Position numbers and translations under genes: made by a program
Assembly: GCA_964640225.1 (NCBI GenBank)
Contig: CAZXFI010000001.1
Span: 51,507-115,506 of the forward strand
Length of the DNA: 64,000 nucleotides
Reading direction: 5' to 3'
Source: an uncultured archaeon
Lineage (GTDB): Archaea > Aenigmatarchaeota > Aenigmatarchaeia > PWEA01 > JAGHBM01
In this document: positions 55,567 to 64,000 of the stretch, piece by piece
How positions within the stretch are numbered: the first letter of the stretch is position 1
Layout of the letters: the number at the start of each line of letters is the position of its first letter
Notes under the pieces: generated by a model
The model's input: the letters and a program-made list of their open reading frames with translations, nothing else
Database searches by the model: none
Told to the model about the DNA's origin: nothing

Positions 55567-57288
55567 ATGACAAGAATCGCTGTTATAGACCTGGACAAGT
55601 GCAACCCGAAAAAATGCAACCTGGAATGCATGAGGTTCTGCCCCAGGAACAGGGCGGGAGACAAGTGCGTCCAGGAAGGCGAGAGCGGGAAGCCGGTTAT
55701 AGACGAGAGCATTTGCATAGGGTGCGGCATCTGCGTCAAAAAATGCCCTTTCCATGCACTGCAGATAGTCAACACCCCGGAGGCCCTGAAGGAGGGACCC
55801 GTGCACAGGTTCGGCAAAAACGGATTTGTGCTCTACAGGCTGCCGGTGCCCGTTCCGGGAAAGGTTATAGGTCTGCTTGGCTCAAACGGGACAGGCAAAT
55901 CCACAGCCATGAAAATCCTGTCCGGGAAGCTCAGCCCCAACATGGGAGCAGACGGGGATGTGTCAAAGCTTTTCAGGGGGAGCGAGCTCCAGGACTACTT
56001 CAAAAAACTTTCCTCGGGAACAAAGACCGTTTACAAGCCCCAGCAGGTGGATGAAATTGTTGAAGTGTACGAAGGCAGCGTGAAAAAAATAACCAGGGGC
56101 AAAACCATGGAGCTCCTGGAAAGGCTCAACCTGGGCTACATCACCGAAAGGGATGTTGACGAACTTTCAGGCGGCGAGCTGCAGCGCCTGGCCATAGCGA
56201 TAGCGCTTTCAATGGAGGGGGACTTCTACTTCATAGACGAGCCTTCCTCTTACCTGGACGTGAGGGAAAGGCTTGAAGTCGGGAAGCTTATAAGGGAAAA
56301 AAGCCGGGAGAAAACAATCATTGTTGTGGAGCACGACCTGGCCACGCTGGATTTCATGGCGGACCAGATACACATATTCTACGGAGTGCCGGGGGCTTAC
56401 GGGGTTGTGAGCAAGCCTTACGGAGTCAGGGTGGGGATAAACGCCTTCCTTGACGGGTACATAAAGGAGGACAACGTCAGGATAAGGCCGGATCCTGTAA
56501 GGTTTGACGTCATGTCGCCGGCCAAGGGGGAGAAGAAGCCCATGCTTACAAGGTTCACCGACGTAAAAAAGGCCTTGGAAAAATTCAGCCTGGAAGTGGA
56601 AGCCGGAGAAATCTTCATTGAGGATGTTTTGGGGGTATTCGGGGCGAACGCCCTGGGTAAGACGACTTTTGCCAAGATACTTGCCGGGGAGATGGAACCG
56701 GACTCGGGAACCATAAATCCCCGGGTAAGAATAAGCTACAAGCCCCAGTACATACACCCCACCTACGAGGGAACCCTCGGAGAGGCCTTGGGCAAAAACA
56801 GGAACTTTTCAAAATACAAGAATTACCTCGTGGCCCCGCTGGGGCTGGAAAGGCTCATGACTTCTTCCGTAAAGACTCTCAGCGGGGGGGAAGCCCAGAG
56901 GCTTGCGATAGCGCTTTCCCTTCTCCATGATGCCGATATGTACCTTTTTGACGAGCCATCCGCCTACCTTGACGTGGAGCAGAGGCTTGCGGCGGCGAGG
57001 GTAATACAGAACGTGATACAGATGAGAGAGGCCACCTGCATGGTGATAGACCACGACCTGCTTTTCCTGGACCTTATATCAAAAAGGGGCATGGTTTTCC
57101 TGGGCGAATCCGGTATCAAAGGTAAGGCGCTTGAAACTTCAGGGCTGGAGAAATCCTTTAACGTTTTCCTGAAAGACCTTGACGTGACTTTCAGGAGGGA
57201 CCCGGAAAACGGCAGGCCGAGAGCAAACAAGCCTGGTTCCGTGAAAGACAGAGAACAGAAAGAAAAGGGAAATTACTACTACAGCTAG
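55567..57288 (+). CDS. abcE1: ABCE1 (RNase L inhibitor/Rli1) ribosome recycling factor
   Basis: N-terminal RIAVIDLDKCNPKKC plus a second CxxCxxC ferredoxin cluster. Two ABC cassettes (GSNGTGKST and GANALGKTT) with LSGGE signatures. Confidence 0.9.
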   Translation: MTRIAVIDLDKCNPKKCNLECMRFCPRNRAGDKCVQEGESGKPVIDESICIGCGICVKKCPFHALQIVNTPEALKEGPVHRFGKNGFVLYRLPVPVPGKVIGLLGSNGTGKSTAMKILSGKLSPNMGADGDVSKLFRGSELQDYFKKLSSGTKTVYKPQQVDEIVEVYEGSVKKITRGKTMELLERLNLGYITERDVDELSGGELQRLAIAIALSMEGDFYFIDEPSSYLDVRERLEVGKLIREKSREKTIIVVEHDLATLDFMADQIHIFYGVPGAYGVVSKPYGVRVGINAFLDGYIKEDNVRIRPDPVRFDVMSPAKGEKKPMLTRFTDVKKALEKFSLEVEAGEIFIEDVLGVFGANALGKTTFAKILAGEMEPDSGTINPRVRISYKPQYIHPTYEGTLGEALGKNRNFSKYKNYLVAPLGLERLMTSSVKTLSGGEAQRLAIALSLLHDADMYLFDEPSAYLDVEQRLAAARVIQNVIQMREATCMVIDHDLLFLDLISKRGMVFLGESGIKGKALETSGLEKSFNVFLKDLDVTFRRDPENGRPRANKPGSVKDREQKEKGNYYYS

Positions 57289-57662
57289 TATCTTCTGGGC
57301 TGTGGACCCGGCTGGGGTCGGTAGCCTTCAAGCCTGTCCAGCCTCCTTTCTATGTTATCAAGCCTGTAGAGTATCTGGTTAATCACGTTGTTGTTTTCTG
57401 GGATTCTGGGCTCGGCCATGTGGGGAGGCTCTTCTGCGGGGGGCGGCATCCGGGCAGGCCTTTCCGGCACCGGCGACCTGGGCTCCGGCGCGTAGCTTCT
57501 GGTTGGAGGACTCTGCATTCCCGGATTGGGAAGCCTCCTTATGTCCCGTGGCTCCGGTATCCTGTAGTCTTCCCGCGGCGCGTAATCCCTTTCAATCCGC
57601 GGGCTGTCCAAATCCGAGTCGTCTTTCTTACGGAGAATCATTTTTTTCAGCGTATCAAGCAA
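57285..57662 (-). CDS. Hypothetical Pro-rich, probably disordered, protein
   Basis: PEPRSPVPERPARMPPPAEEPP, with a short C-terminal coiled segment. Confidence 0.35.
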   Translation of the reverse strand: MLDTLKKMILRKKDDSDLDSPRIERDYAPREDYRIPEPRDIRRLPNPGMQSPPTRSYAPEPRSPVPERPARMPPPAEEPPHMAEPRIPENNNVINQILYRLDNIERRLDRLEGYRPQPGPQPRRY

Positions 57663-57740
57663 ATTCTCACCTATTTTTTTGATTTTGATTTACTATAAAA
57701 TATTAAAATAGCGCTATTTAAATAATTAAATGGTGTAAAA

Positions 57741-59003
57741 ATGGGCGCTATAGGTGGAACCAACAGGAAGCTTAAGATAAAAGGAGTTGCTGGTTTCCCC
57801 ACGGATGTGTACTTCAAAATAATCTCGCTTCTCAAGGACAAGTACAATTACGAGGTCAAAAAGTACAGGGACTGGCTGGAGATAAACCCCACCAGCCCGT
57901 ACCAGCAGGACATACTCCAGAAAAAACAGGCCCTGGAGCAGAGCGTGGGAAGGATTCTTAGCAACATAAGCGATATGAGAAGGGACATAGAGCTTATAAA
58001 CCACGACCTGAGAAAATTTGAGCAGGTGCTCAACCACTTCAGGGAAAACAAGTTTGATTCTCTCAAGTCGGATTTTGTGGACCTGGTGGACAGCCAGACT
58101 CCTTCGGGAATGCACAAGCTTGTTTCAAGCGGCAAGTTCCCTACCCTGGTGATAGACTTCTTCAAGATAGAAAAGAAGGAGGACATAGACAAGCTGAAGG
58201 TTTCAAACAGTGAAAAGGGTCTGCTGAAGACCAAGTGGATGCTTTACCAGGAATGGCTCAAGATGTACTCCAGGGGAGTTGAGGAAAGGGTAAGGATGCT
58301 CAGGGCGGAGCTTAACAACAGGCAGGCCGCCGTAGAAAACTACAAAAAATCCGTGGAGCCCTACCTGAAGGCCATACACAAGATAAAGATAGCGCAGGGA
58401 GGTCCGGAGGACTACACGGGCCTGGACGACCCAATGATGGTGGAGGGGTACAACACGAGCGTGTCCGGGGTGGAGCTTTTCTGCTGGAAGGAAATATCCG
58501 CGGAGACCGAGTACGAGTACAACAAGGAGAAGTACGCATTCTACTCATACATAGACATCAAAATACAGAAAAAAACCAGGATACTCAAGTCAGGGGAAAA
58601 GGAGGCGCTTGAGGTAAAACTTGAAGCCCATGTTAAAACCAGGAAAGACATAGACGAGCTCAAGAGGCTGCTCAAGGAAAAGGAAGAGATTATGTGGAGG
58701 GAAATAGAGCAGTTCAAGGGAGAAGTGGAGGAAGAGAAGAAGCCGGAACCCAAAGGAATCGAGAAAATAAGGGAATCCGTGAAAAAGTTCATGGGCGTGG
58801 CGGAGGAGAAGAAAGAGAAAAGCAGGACCTTTGAAGCGCTGGAGAAATCAGTCAGAAAAGTTATAGGGGCCCCGATTGAGGGGGAATTTCATATACCAAA
58901 AGGCATGGGCGGCAAGCTGGAAAAAATAGCCTACAGGGATTTTATAAATTTTTACGATGACATAAAAGACCTTTTCGGCGGCGTGAAGCTGAAGAGGCAC
59001 TAA
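57741..59003 (+). CDS. Hypothetical coiled-coil protein
   Basis: 420 aa, K/E-rich heptad-like regions. No recognisable catalytic motif. Confidence 0.4.
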   Translation: MGAIGGTNRKLKIKGVAGFPTDVYFKIISLLKDKYNYEVKKYRDWLEINPTSPYQQDILQKKQALEQSVGRILSNISDMRRDIELINHDLRKFEQVLNHFRENKFDSLKSDFVDLVDSQTPSGMHKLVSSGKFPTLVIDFFKIEKKEDIDKLKVSNSEKGLLKTKWMLYQEWLKMYSRGVEERVRMLRAELNNRQAAVENYKKSVEPYLKAIHKIKIAQGGPEDYTGLDDPMMVEGYNTSVSGVELFCWKEISAETEYEYNKEKYAFYSYIDIKIQKKTRILKSGEKEALEVKLEAHVKTRKDIDELKRLLKEKEEIMWREIEQFKGEVEEEKKPEPKGIEKIRESVKKFMGVAEEKKEKSRTFEALEKSVRKVIGAPIEGEFHIPKGMGGKLEKIAYRDFINFYDDIKDLFGGVKLKRH

Positions 59004-59015
59004 AACGGTTAGATT

Positions 59016-60554
59016 ATGATAAAGAAAGTTATAAAAAAAATTTTCAGTTCTGAGGAAAACAACAGGTTTCTAGAGCCGAAGAAATACAAGGTGGGAATCA
59101 CCACGGGCATACCCTCCTTTGACAAGGCCACGGTGGTGCAGCAGACCCAGATGGTTGTCTCAAAGGGCACCAAGGTGATACAGGTGGACCTTGAGTACCC
59201 CCAAAGCCCCACGCCCCACGACGTGGACGAGATAAAGAGAATCATAAAGGCCCAGAACGTGGATTTCACCATGCACGCCGCCACGAACATGACCCTGCCC
59301 ACCACCTCCGCGGAGCAGACGGACTACCAGATGGTTGAAAGGGACATGAAGGAATACATAAAGCTCTCCAAGAAAATAGGGTTCAAGGCAATAAACATAC
59401 ACTCCTCTTACCTACCCAGCCCGTTTCTGATGAGGGAGTACAGGAGGCTTTCCTGGAACATGGTGGACGACGAGGGGAAGCCGGTCAAGGAAAAGTTCCT
59501 CAAGTCCAAGAAAGCCATAGAGTGGTATGCAAAGGAAAGGATGAAAAGGGAGGACTACACCACCAGGCTGTCCCTCATGAGGGATTATATTTCAAAAAAA
59601 GAAAAGCTTTCCGGGGAAGAGCTTGAGGCAAGGATAAAATCCATATCCCCCGAGGAGAAAGAAAAGAAGGTCATGGAGGCCTTAAAGGACTATTTCAGAA
59701 GCAACCCTCCCGAGGAACTGATGGAACATCAGGCATACATAATAATGGGGTGGTACATGTACGAGAGAGGGGACAAGCTCTGGAAAAACATAGTGGGCAA
59801 GGAAAGCCCGGAGAAGCTGATTGATAAGGGGGAGGAGAAAAAGCTCGTGGACGCAGTGGCCGGCAAGTACCTTGAGGGCCATATAAAAAACATGCTGAAG
59901 GATCTCAAGGGCGCCAACGTAATGCTGTTGATAGAGACCCCGGACTGCAGGCAGAAGGAATTCAGGGGCTACCACAGGCTGGAAAGGCCCAGGGACCTGT
60001 TCCAGGTCATAAGGATCGTGGACCACCCGCTAGTAAGGATGACAGTTGACTTTGAGCACGTGGCAACGCACGGGATGGATGTGATGGAGGAAATAAAAAA
60101 CAGCCCGAGGGACATGGGCGAATACACCAAGATGCTTCACGTGGGCTCCTATCCCTCGCCGGCGCACCTGCACCATCCCGTGGAAAGGGACGATGTCTAC
60201 CTTTACAAGCTTATCTGGTATCTCAGGGAAAGGGGCTTCAGGGACGGCTACATAATCTATGAATGGGGAGGCGGCAGAAAAGAGGAGGAAAGGTGGCTTG
60301 ACAGCGTGAACGCCCTGAAGTGGATGTCAATGTGGCTTGAAAGGAACGTGGCTCCCGAAGACCTGCCGCCGGAATTTTTCGGCATAACGCCCGGGGAAAT
60401 AGAAAGGGAGAGAAGGATAATAGAAAAAAACACATTCAAACCGCTTGAAGGAACCCTTGAGTCTCCCGAGCTTTCACACGGCTGGCTGAGAGGGGAAGTT
60501 ATGAACAAGAAAAAGAAGCCGAGGGAAGTCTGGGACCAGGAAGAATATCGCTAA
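59016..60554 (+). CDS. Hypothetical protein (possibly TIM-barrel-like)
   Basis: 512 aa. No confident motif. Confidence 0.35.
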   Translation: MIKKVIKKIFSSEENNRFLEPKKYKVGITTGIPSFDKATVVQQTQMVVSKGTKVIQVDLEYPQSPTPHDVDEIKRIIKAQNVDFTMHAATNMTLPTTSAEQTDYQMVERDMKEYIKLSKKIGFKAINIHSSYLPSPFLMREYRRLSWNMVDDEGKPVKEKFLKSKKAIEWYAKERMKREDYTTRLSLMRDYISKKEKLSGEELEARIKSISPEEKEKKVMEALKDYFRSNPPEELMEHQAYIIMGWYMYERGDKLWKNIVGKESPEKLIDKGEEKKLVDAVAGKYLEGHIKNMLKDLKGANVMLLIETPDCRQKEFRGYHRLERPRDLFQVIRIVDHPLVRMTVDFEHVATHGMDVMEEIKNSPRDMGEYTKMLHVGSYPSPAHLHHPVERDDVYLYKLIWYLRERGFRDGYIIYEWGGGRKEEERWLDSVNALKWMSMWLERNVAPEDLPPEFFGITPGEIERERRIIEKNTFKPLEGTLESPELSHGWLRGEVMNKKKKPREVWDQEEYR

Positions 60555-60597
60555 CGTTTATATAGAAGCCTTTGTAATTATTATATAGTGATTACTT

Positions 60598-61920
60598 ATG
60601 GTTAAAAAATCCAAAACCAAGGCCCGTGCAAGGAAAAAAACCGGAAAGAAGATAAGGGAATTCGCCAAGCAGAGAAGGGCCAGGGTGGTGAAGGAGTTCT
60701 CCAAAAAAATTCTTGACAAGTTCGGCCCGGCAATCAAGGCGATAATCGTCTGGGGCTCCACCGCAAGGGACCAGTTCAAGTGCGAAAGCGACATAGACGT
60801 GGTCGTGCTCGTGGACGACACCAAGAGGGGCTTTTCCAAGGAAATTAGGGAAAAGATAGACGAGTTCGTGAGGGACACGGCCTGCAAGATTGACGACAAG
60901 CTTTCTCCCCAGCCGGTGTGGACCATAACGGAGTTCATGAGGATGGCAAAGAATTACGCCCCACTTGCTTACGCGCTTCTCAAGGACGGTATACCTGTTT
61001 ACGACACGGGATTCTTCATGACCAACAAGAAGCTCCTGGAGATGGGCGAAATGCCCGCAACCCCGGAAGCTTCCGAAAGGAGAATGGGCTCGGTTCCGAA
61101 AAGGCTGGTAAGGGCAAACCACGCCAAGCTGTGGATAATAGCCGAGGACCTGTACTACGCAATGATAGGAGCCGAGGAGGCAGTGATGATGTACCTGGGC
61201 AGGGGGCCGCCCGACCCGATAAACGCGGCCGAAGCCTGCAGGGAGTACCTGGTAAAAACAGGCATGCTTGAGGAAAAATACGCGGCCTTCCTTGACAAGG
61301 TTGTCAGGTTCAGGAAGGACGTGGAACACAGGAAAATAAACGAGATAAAGGGGGAGGAACTGGACAAGTACCTGAAGGAAGGGGAGGAATTCGTTGAGAG
61401 GTTCAAGAAGCTTCTATTTGAGCTCACCATAAGAAGAAAAAGGAGCGAGATACAGAAAAGCTACGAAATGATGGTCAAGGCCTCCGTCGCCGCCCTGAAG
61501 GCGCTGGACAAGCTCCCGGAAGACCCCAAGGAGCTTCCAAAGGCTTTCAAGAAATACCTTATAGACGACGGGAAGGTAAGCCCTGTCTACGAGGAGGTTT
61601 TCGGCAAAGTCCTTGAGATGAAGAAAAAGATGAACGACAAGAAAGTGGAGGACGTTCCCGAGAGGGAGATACACATAACCAAGGAGTACGTCAGGAGGTT
61701 CATAGGAAGCGTCAGGGAAATCTTCAAGGAGATAGAACTGGAAAGGGACGTGCCGGAAATACCGGTTGAAGAAAAGTCAGAGAAAGGGGCGAAAAAAAAG
61801 AAGCAGGAAAAGAGCAAGCCCGTAAGGCCGGGAACCGCCGAGGAATCCATGGGAGAACAGATAGAAACAATCAGGAAACACGAGGAGCCCGAGGAAAAGA
61901 TCCTGAAGAAATCAAACTAA
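60598..61920 (+). CDS. Nucleotidyltransferase-domain protein (Pol-beta superfamily) with long K/E-rich C-terminal extension
   Basis: GSTARDQFKCESDIDVVVLVDD matches the GS-x9-DxD minimal NTase motif. Confidence 0.55.
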   Translation: MVKKSKTKARARKKTGKKIREFAKQRRARVVKEFSKKILDKFGPAIKAIIVWGSTARDQFKCESDIDVVVLVDDTKRGFSKEIREKIDEFVRDTACKIDDKLSPQPVWTITEFMRMAKNYAPLAYALLKDGIPVYDTGFFMTNKKLLEMGEMPATPEASERRMGSVPKRLVRANHAKLWIIAEDLYYAMIGAEEAVMMYLGRGPPDPINAAEACREYLVKTGMLEEKYAAFLDKVVRFRKDVEHRKINEIKGEELDKYLKEGEEFVERFKKLLFELTIRRKRSEIQKSYEMMVKASVAALKALDKLPEDPKELPKAFKKYLIDDGKVSPVYEEVFGKVLEMKKKMNDKKVEDVPEREIHITKEYVRRFIGSVREIFKEIELERDVPEIPVEEKSEKGAKKKKQEKSKPVRPGTAEESMGEQIETIRKHEEPEEKILKKSN

Positions 61921-62547
61921 AGAAACGTTCACTTCTCCGTCATTCATTTCAAGGAGCACGGTTTTCATCGCGGCATTTATCACAGTGGTCTCGCCCAACC
62001 TTGCTATTCCCGCGGCCTCGTGTATGTGCCCGCACAGGAACACGGGAGGCCTGAATTCTTCTATTATTTTCATGAGCTCCTTTTTTCCCGCATTGACTCC
62101 CGTGTCGGTCATGTCCGCCACCCCTCTCGGAGGGTAGTGGCTTATCACTATTGTTTTCTCCGGAGACTTCTCCAGAAGGGACCTGAACATTTTCAGAGCG
62201 TAATCCGCTCCGGTGAAGGGGTAAAGGTAGTCGCCCAGGCCCACAACATAGTACTTCCCGAATTTTACCCTCCTGAGATGGACGAAATGCAGGTTGCCGT
62301 GTCGCTTTTCCGCATTTTCAAAAAAGGACATGTCAGGGTCAATGTTCCCGTTCACCAGAAAAAAGGGCAGCCCCAGGCCCAGCATGAACTCTAGGGGGGC
62401 CTCTGCGCTCTCACCCTCCCCTCCGAACCAGCCGTGGGGGGACAGGTCCCCGCCGTAAAGTATGGCGTCAATTTTTCTTTCCTTTACTATGCTTTTCATC
62501 TGCACCGGAACCACGCCGTGCAGGTCGCTTGAGCAGAGAAAATTCAT
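61912..62547 (-). CDS. Calcineurin-like metallophosphoesterase (YfcE/MJ0936-like)
   Basis: CSSDLHG, GGDLSPHG, VNGNID and CGHIHEAAG motifs. 211 aa. Confidence 0.7.
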   Translation of the reverse strand: MNFLCSSDLHGVVPVQMKSIVKERKIDAILYGGDLSPHGWFGGEGESAEAPLEFMLGLGLPFFLVNGNIDPDMSFFENAEKRHGNLHFVHLRRVKFGKYYVVGLGDYLYPFTGADYALKMFRSLLEKSPEKTIVISHYPPRGVADMTDTGVNAGKKELMKIIEEFRPPVFLCGHIHEAAGIARLGETTVINAAMKTVLLEMNDGEVNVSLV

Positions 62548-62604
62548 AAATAAACTAATGGCGGCAAACTTAAATCTTTTATTTCTATCCCTGGAATATT
62601 ATCT

Positions 62605-63693
62605 ATGGAAGAAACAAAAGAAGGCTCCGTCTCCATAAAGGTTCCCCGGGCCGACATGCCCGAGCATGCGGAGGTTTTTTATAACCCGGTGATGGAAAGG
62701 GACAGGAACATATCCGTGTGCGTTTGCAAACTCATCCCGGAAATCCTAGGCAAGAAAATGGGGGAAATTGAAGCCCTGGACGCCCTCTCGGCCACCGGGG
62801 TAAGAGCCCTCAGATACAAGAAGGAGGCGGGACTGGAAGCGTGGGCCAACGACTGCAACCCCAAGGCCGTGCTGCTCATGAAGGAGAATGCCGAGAGGAA
62901 CGGGGTAAAGCTGGAAATCAGTGAAAAGGATGCCAATCTGCTCCTGAGGGAGAAACACTTTGACTTCGTGGACATAGACCCCTTCGGGTCGCCTATCGGC
63001 TTCATTGACTCCGCTTCTGCAAGCCTTGGCGGGAAAGGCTTCCTGGCAATAACGGCCACAGACACCGCGCCCCTCTGCGGAAGCTATCCGAAAGTGGCGG
63101 AGAGACGGTACGGGATAAAATCCATGAAAACGGATTACTACAGCGAGCTGGGCCTGAGAATACTCATAACAGCCGTTATGAGAATTTTTGCAAGGTACGA
63201 AAGGGTTTTCATTCCGTATCTCAGCTACTCGCGGCTGCACTATTTTAGAGTTTACGGAAAGGTGGAGAAAGGCGTGAAGCGGGTCAACCGGGGGCTGAAG
63301 GATTTTTCTTACGTGAGCCACTGCTTCAAGTGCGGCTGGCGGGCAAATGTCCTGGAAAAAACATGTCCCCTGTGCGGCGAAGCCATCCGGTTCTGCAAAG
63401 TTTATCTCGGCCCTGTAAAGAACGAAGGGTTCCTGGAGAAATTGAAAAAGGGGCTAGAGAAAAACATGTTCGTGCAGGAGAGAAAGTTAGTTTCATTTGT
63501 AAAACAGGAAGAAAGCTTTCCGTTTTATTACGACCTGCACTACCTGTACAAGAAAACCGGGAAACGCCCGGACAAAATGGACAAAACCATGGAAAGGCTG
63601 AGAGAAAAGGGCTTCCGCGTCTCCAGAACCCATTTCTGCCCCACGGCCCTGAAGACGAACGCCTCCTTTGAGGAAATTAAAGAAATTATTTAG
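62605..63693 (+). CDS. trm1: tRNA (guanine26-N2)-dimethyltransferase Trm1
   Basis: FYNPVMERDRNISVCV, DALSATGVRALRY and DIDPFGSP are Trm1 hallmarks. C-terminal Zn motif CFKCGW...CPLCGE. Confidence 0.85.
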   Translation: MEETKEGSVSIKVPRADMPEHAEVFYNPVMERDRNISVCVCKLIPEILGKKMGEIEALDALSATGVRALRYKKEAGLEAWANDCNPKAVLLMKENAERNGVKLEISEKDANLLLREKHFDFVDIDPFGSPIGFIDSASASLGGKGFLAITATDTAPLCGSYPKVAERRYGIKSMKTDYYSELGLRILITAVMRIFARYERVFIPYLSYSRLHYFRVYGKVEKGVKRVNRGLKDFSYVSHCFKCGWRANVLEKTCPLCGEAIRFCKVYLGPVKNEGFLEKLKKGLEKNMFVQERKLVSFVKQEESFPFYYDLHYLYKKTGKRPDKMDKTMERLREKGFRVSRTHFCPTALKTNASFEEIKEII

Positions 63694-63922
63694 CCTTGTT
63701 GTTCTTCTCAAAGAACGGGCACTCGCCGTTCCTTGTCCAGAAGCATCTGGTTCCGAAGCACTGGCCTGTGGACTTGAAGAAGTTGCAGTCCTTTACAGTT
63801 CTACCGTCTCTGGAAACCACTGGCTTCCTTATCTTGACAAGGTCCTGCATGTCCCTAAAAGGAAACATATCCATGTCCATGGCCAAATCCGACCTGTACT
63901 TGTCCTGAATTCTGTTTTGCAT
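63686..63922 (-). CDS. Small Cys-containing hypothetical protein
   Basis: 78 aa with C-x8-C-x4-C-x7-C spacing. ORF track only. Confidence 0.25.
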   Translation of the reverse strand: MQNRIQDKYRSDLAMDMDMFPFRDMQDLVKIRKPVVSRDGRTVKDCNFFKSTGQCFGTRCFWTRNGECPFFEKNNKAK

Positions 63923-64000
63923 TTCAACCCCCCGCTTTACATATAAAAAATTTGAATTTACTCTTCTTCTCTTACCTTCTTCTCAACTTCCTCTTCTATT

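Noticed and set aside
60592-61329. 245-aa antisense ORF within the nucleotidyltransferase gene
   Set aside because: Antisense to the K/E-rich coding region. Low-complexity translation.
1-64000. CRISPR arrays, rRNA genes, IS elements/transposases, integrases
   Set aside because: No regularly spaced direct repeats, no rRNA-like sequence and no transposase or integrase-like ORFs were seen. The only repeats are the tRNA intron motifs, the coding CC repeat and the 16-nt duplication in the alba leader.

Overview
This is an archaeal chromosomal segment of about 50-55% GC. Arg and Lys are coded mainly by AGG/AGA and AAG, GGAGGT-type Shine-Dalgarno sequences precede internal operon genes, and TATA-like boxes lie about 25-30 nt upstream of the first genes of operons. 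No rRNA, CRISPR array or transposase was seen.

The window splits into four parts:
- (1) A roughly 13.6 kb surface-filament locus (about 780-14400). It encodes a FlaI/PilB-family secretion ATPase and a FlaJ/TadC-like polytopic platform protein. Six tandem mini-ORFs (37-65 aa) follow, each a single-pass membrane peptide. At least ten secreted proteins come next; at least six have clear archaeal class III (prepilin-like, K-G-small residue) signal peptides. Most of these are very Cys-rich. They include a paralogous pair and one protein whose C-terminus is an almost pure CC-dipeptide repeat.
- (2) The conserved archaeal exosome superoperon, flanked by alba and a DHH phosphoesterase: alba, psmA, SBDS/sdo1, rrp4, rrp41, rrp42, rpl37ae, rpoP, pfdB.
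- (3) Housekeeping genes: gpmA, herA-like ATPase, rad50-mre11, proS, purF-like, MacB-type ABC transporter, Pop5-Rpp30, rpl15e, glycerate kinase, MFS transporter, Obg-family GTPase, ABCE1 and trm1.
- (4) Three hand-folded tRNA genes, Arg-TCG, Glu-CTC and Leu-GAG. Each is interrupted by two introns, some at non-canonical D-loop or T-loop positions, and the introns share a conserved hairpin motif.

Other notable features are an AT-rich, compositionally atypical 1.2 kb island between herA and rad50, an FG-GAP beta-propeller surface protein, a secreted beta-propeller protein, and several unknown-function genes. The lineage is only an inference: multi-intron tRNAs with related introns, disulfide-rich exported proteins and the codon bias point to a Thermoproteales-like (TACK) thermophile, but a DPANN or other archaeon cannot be excluded from this window alone.
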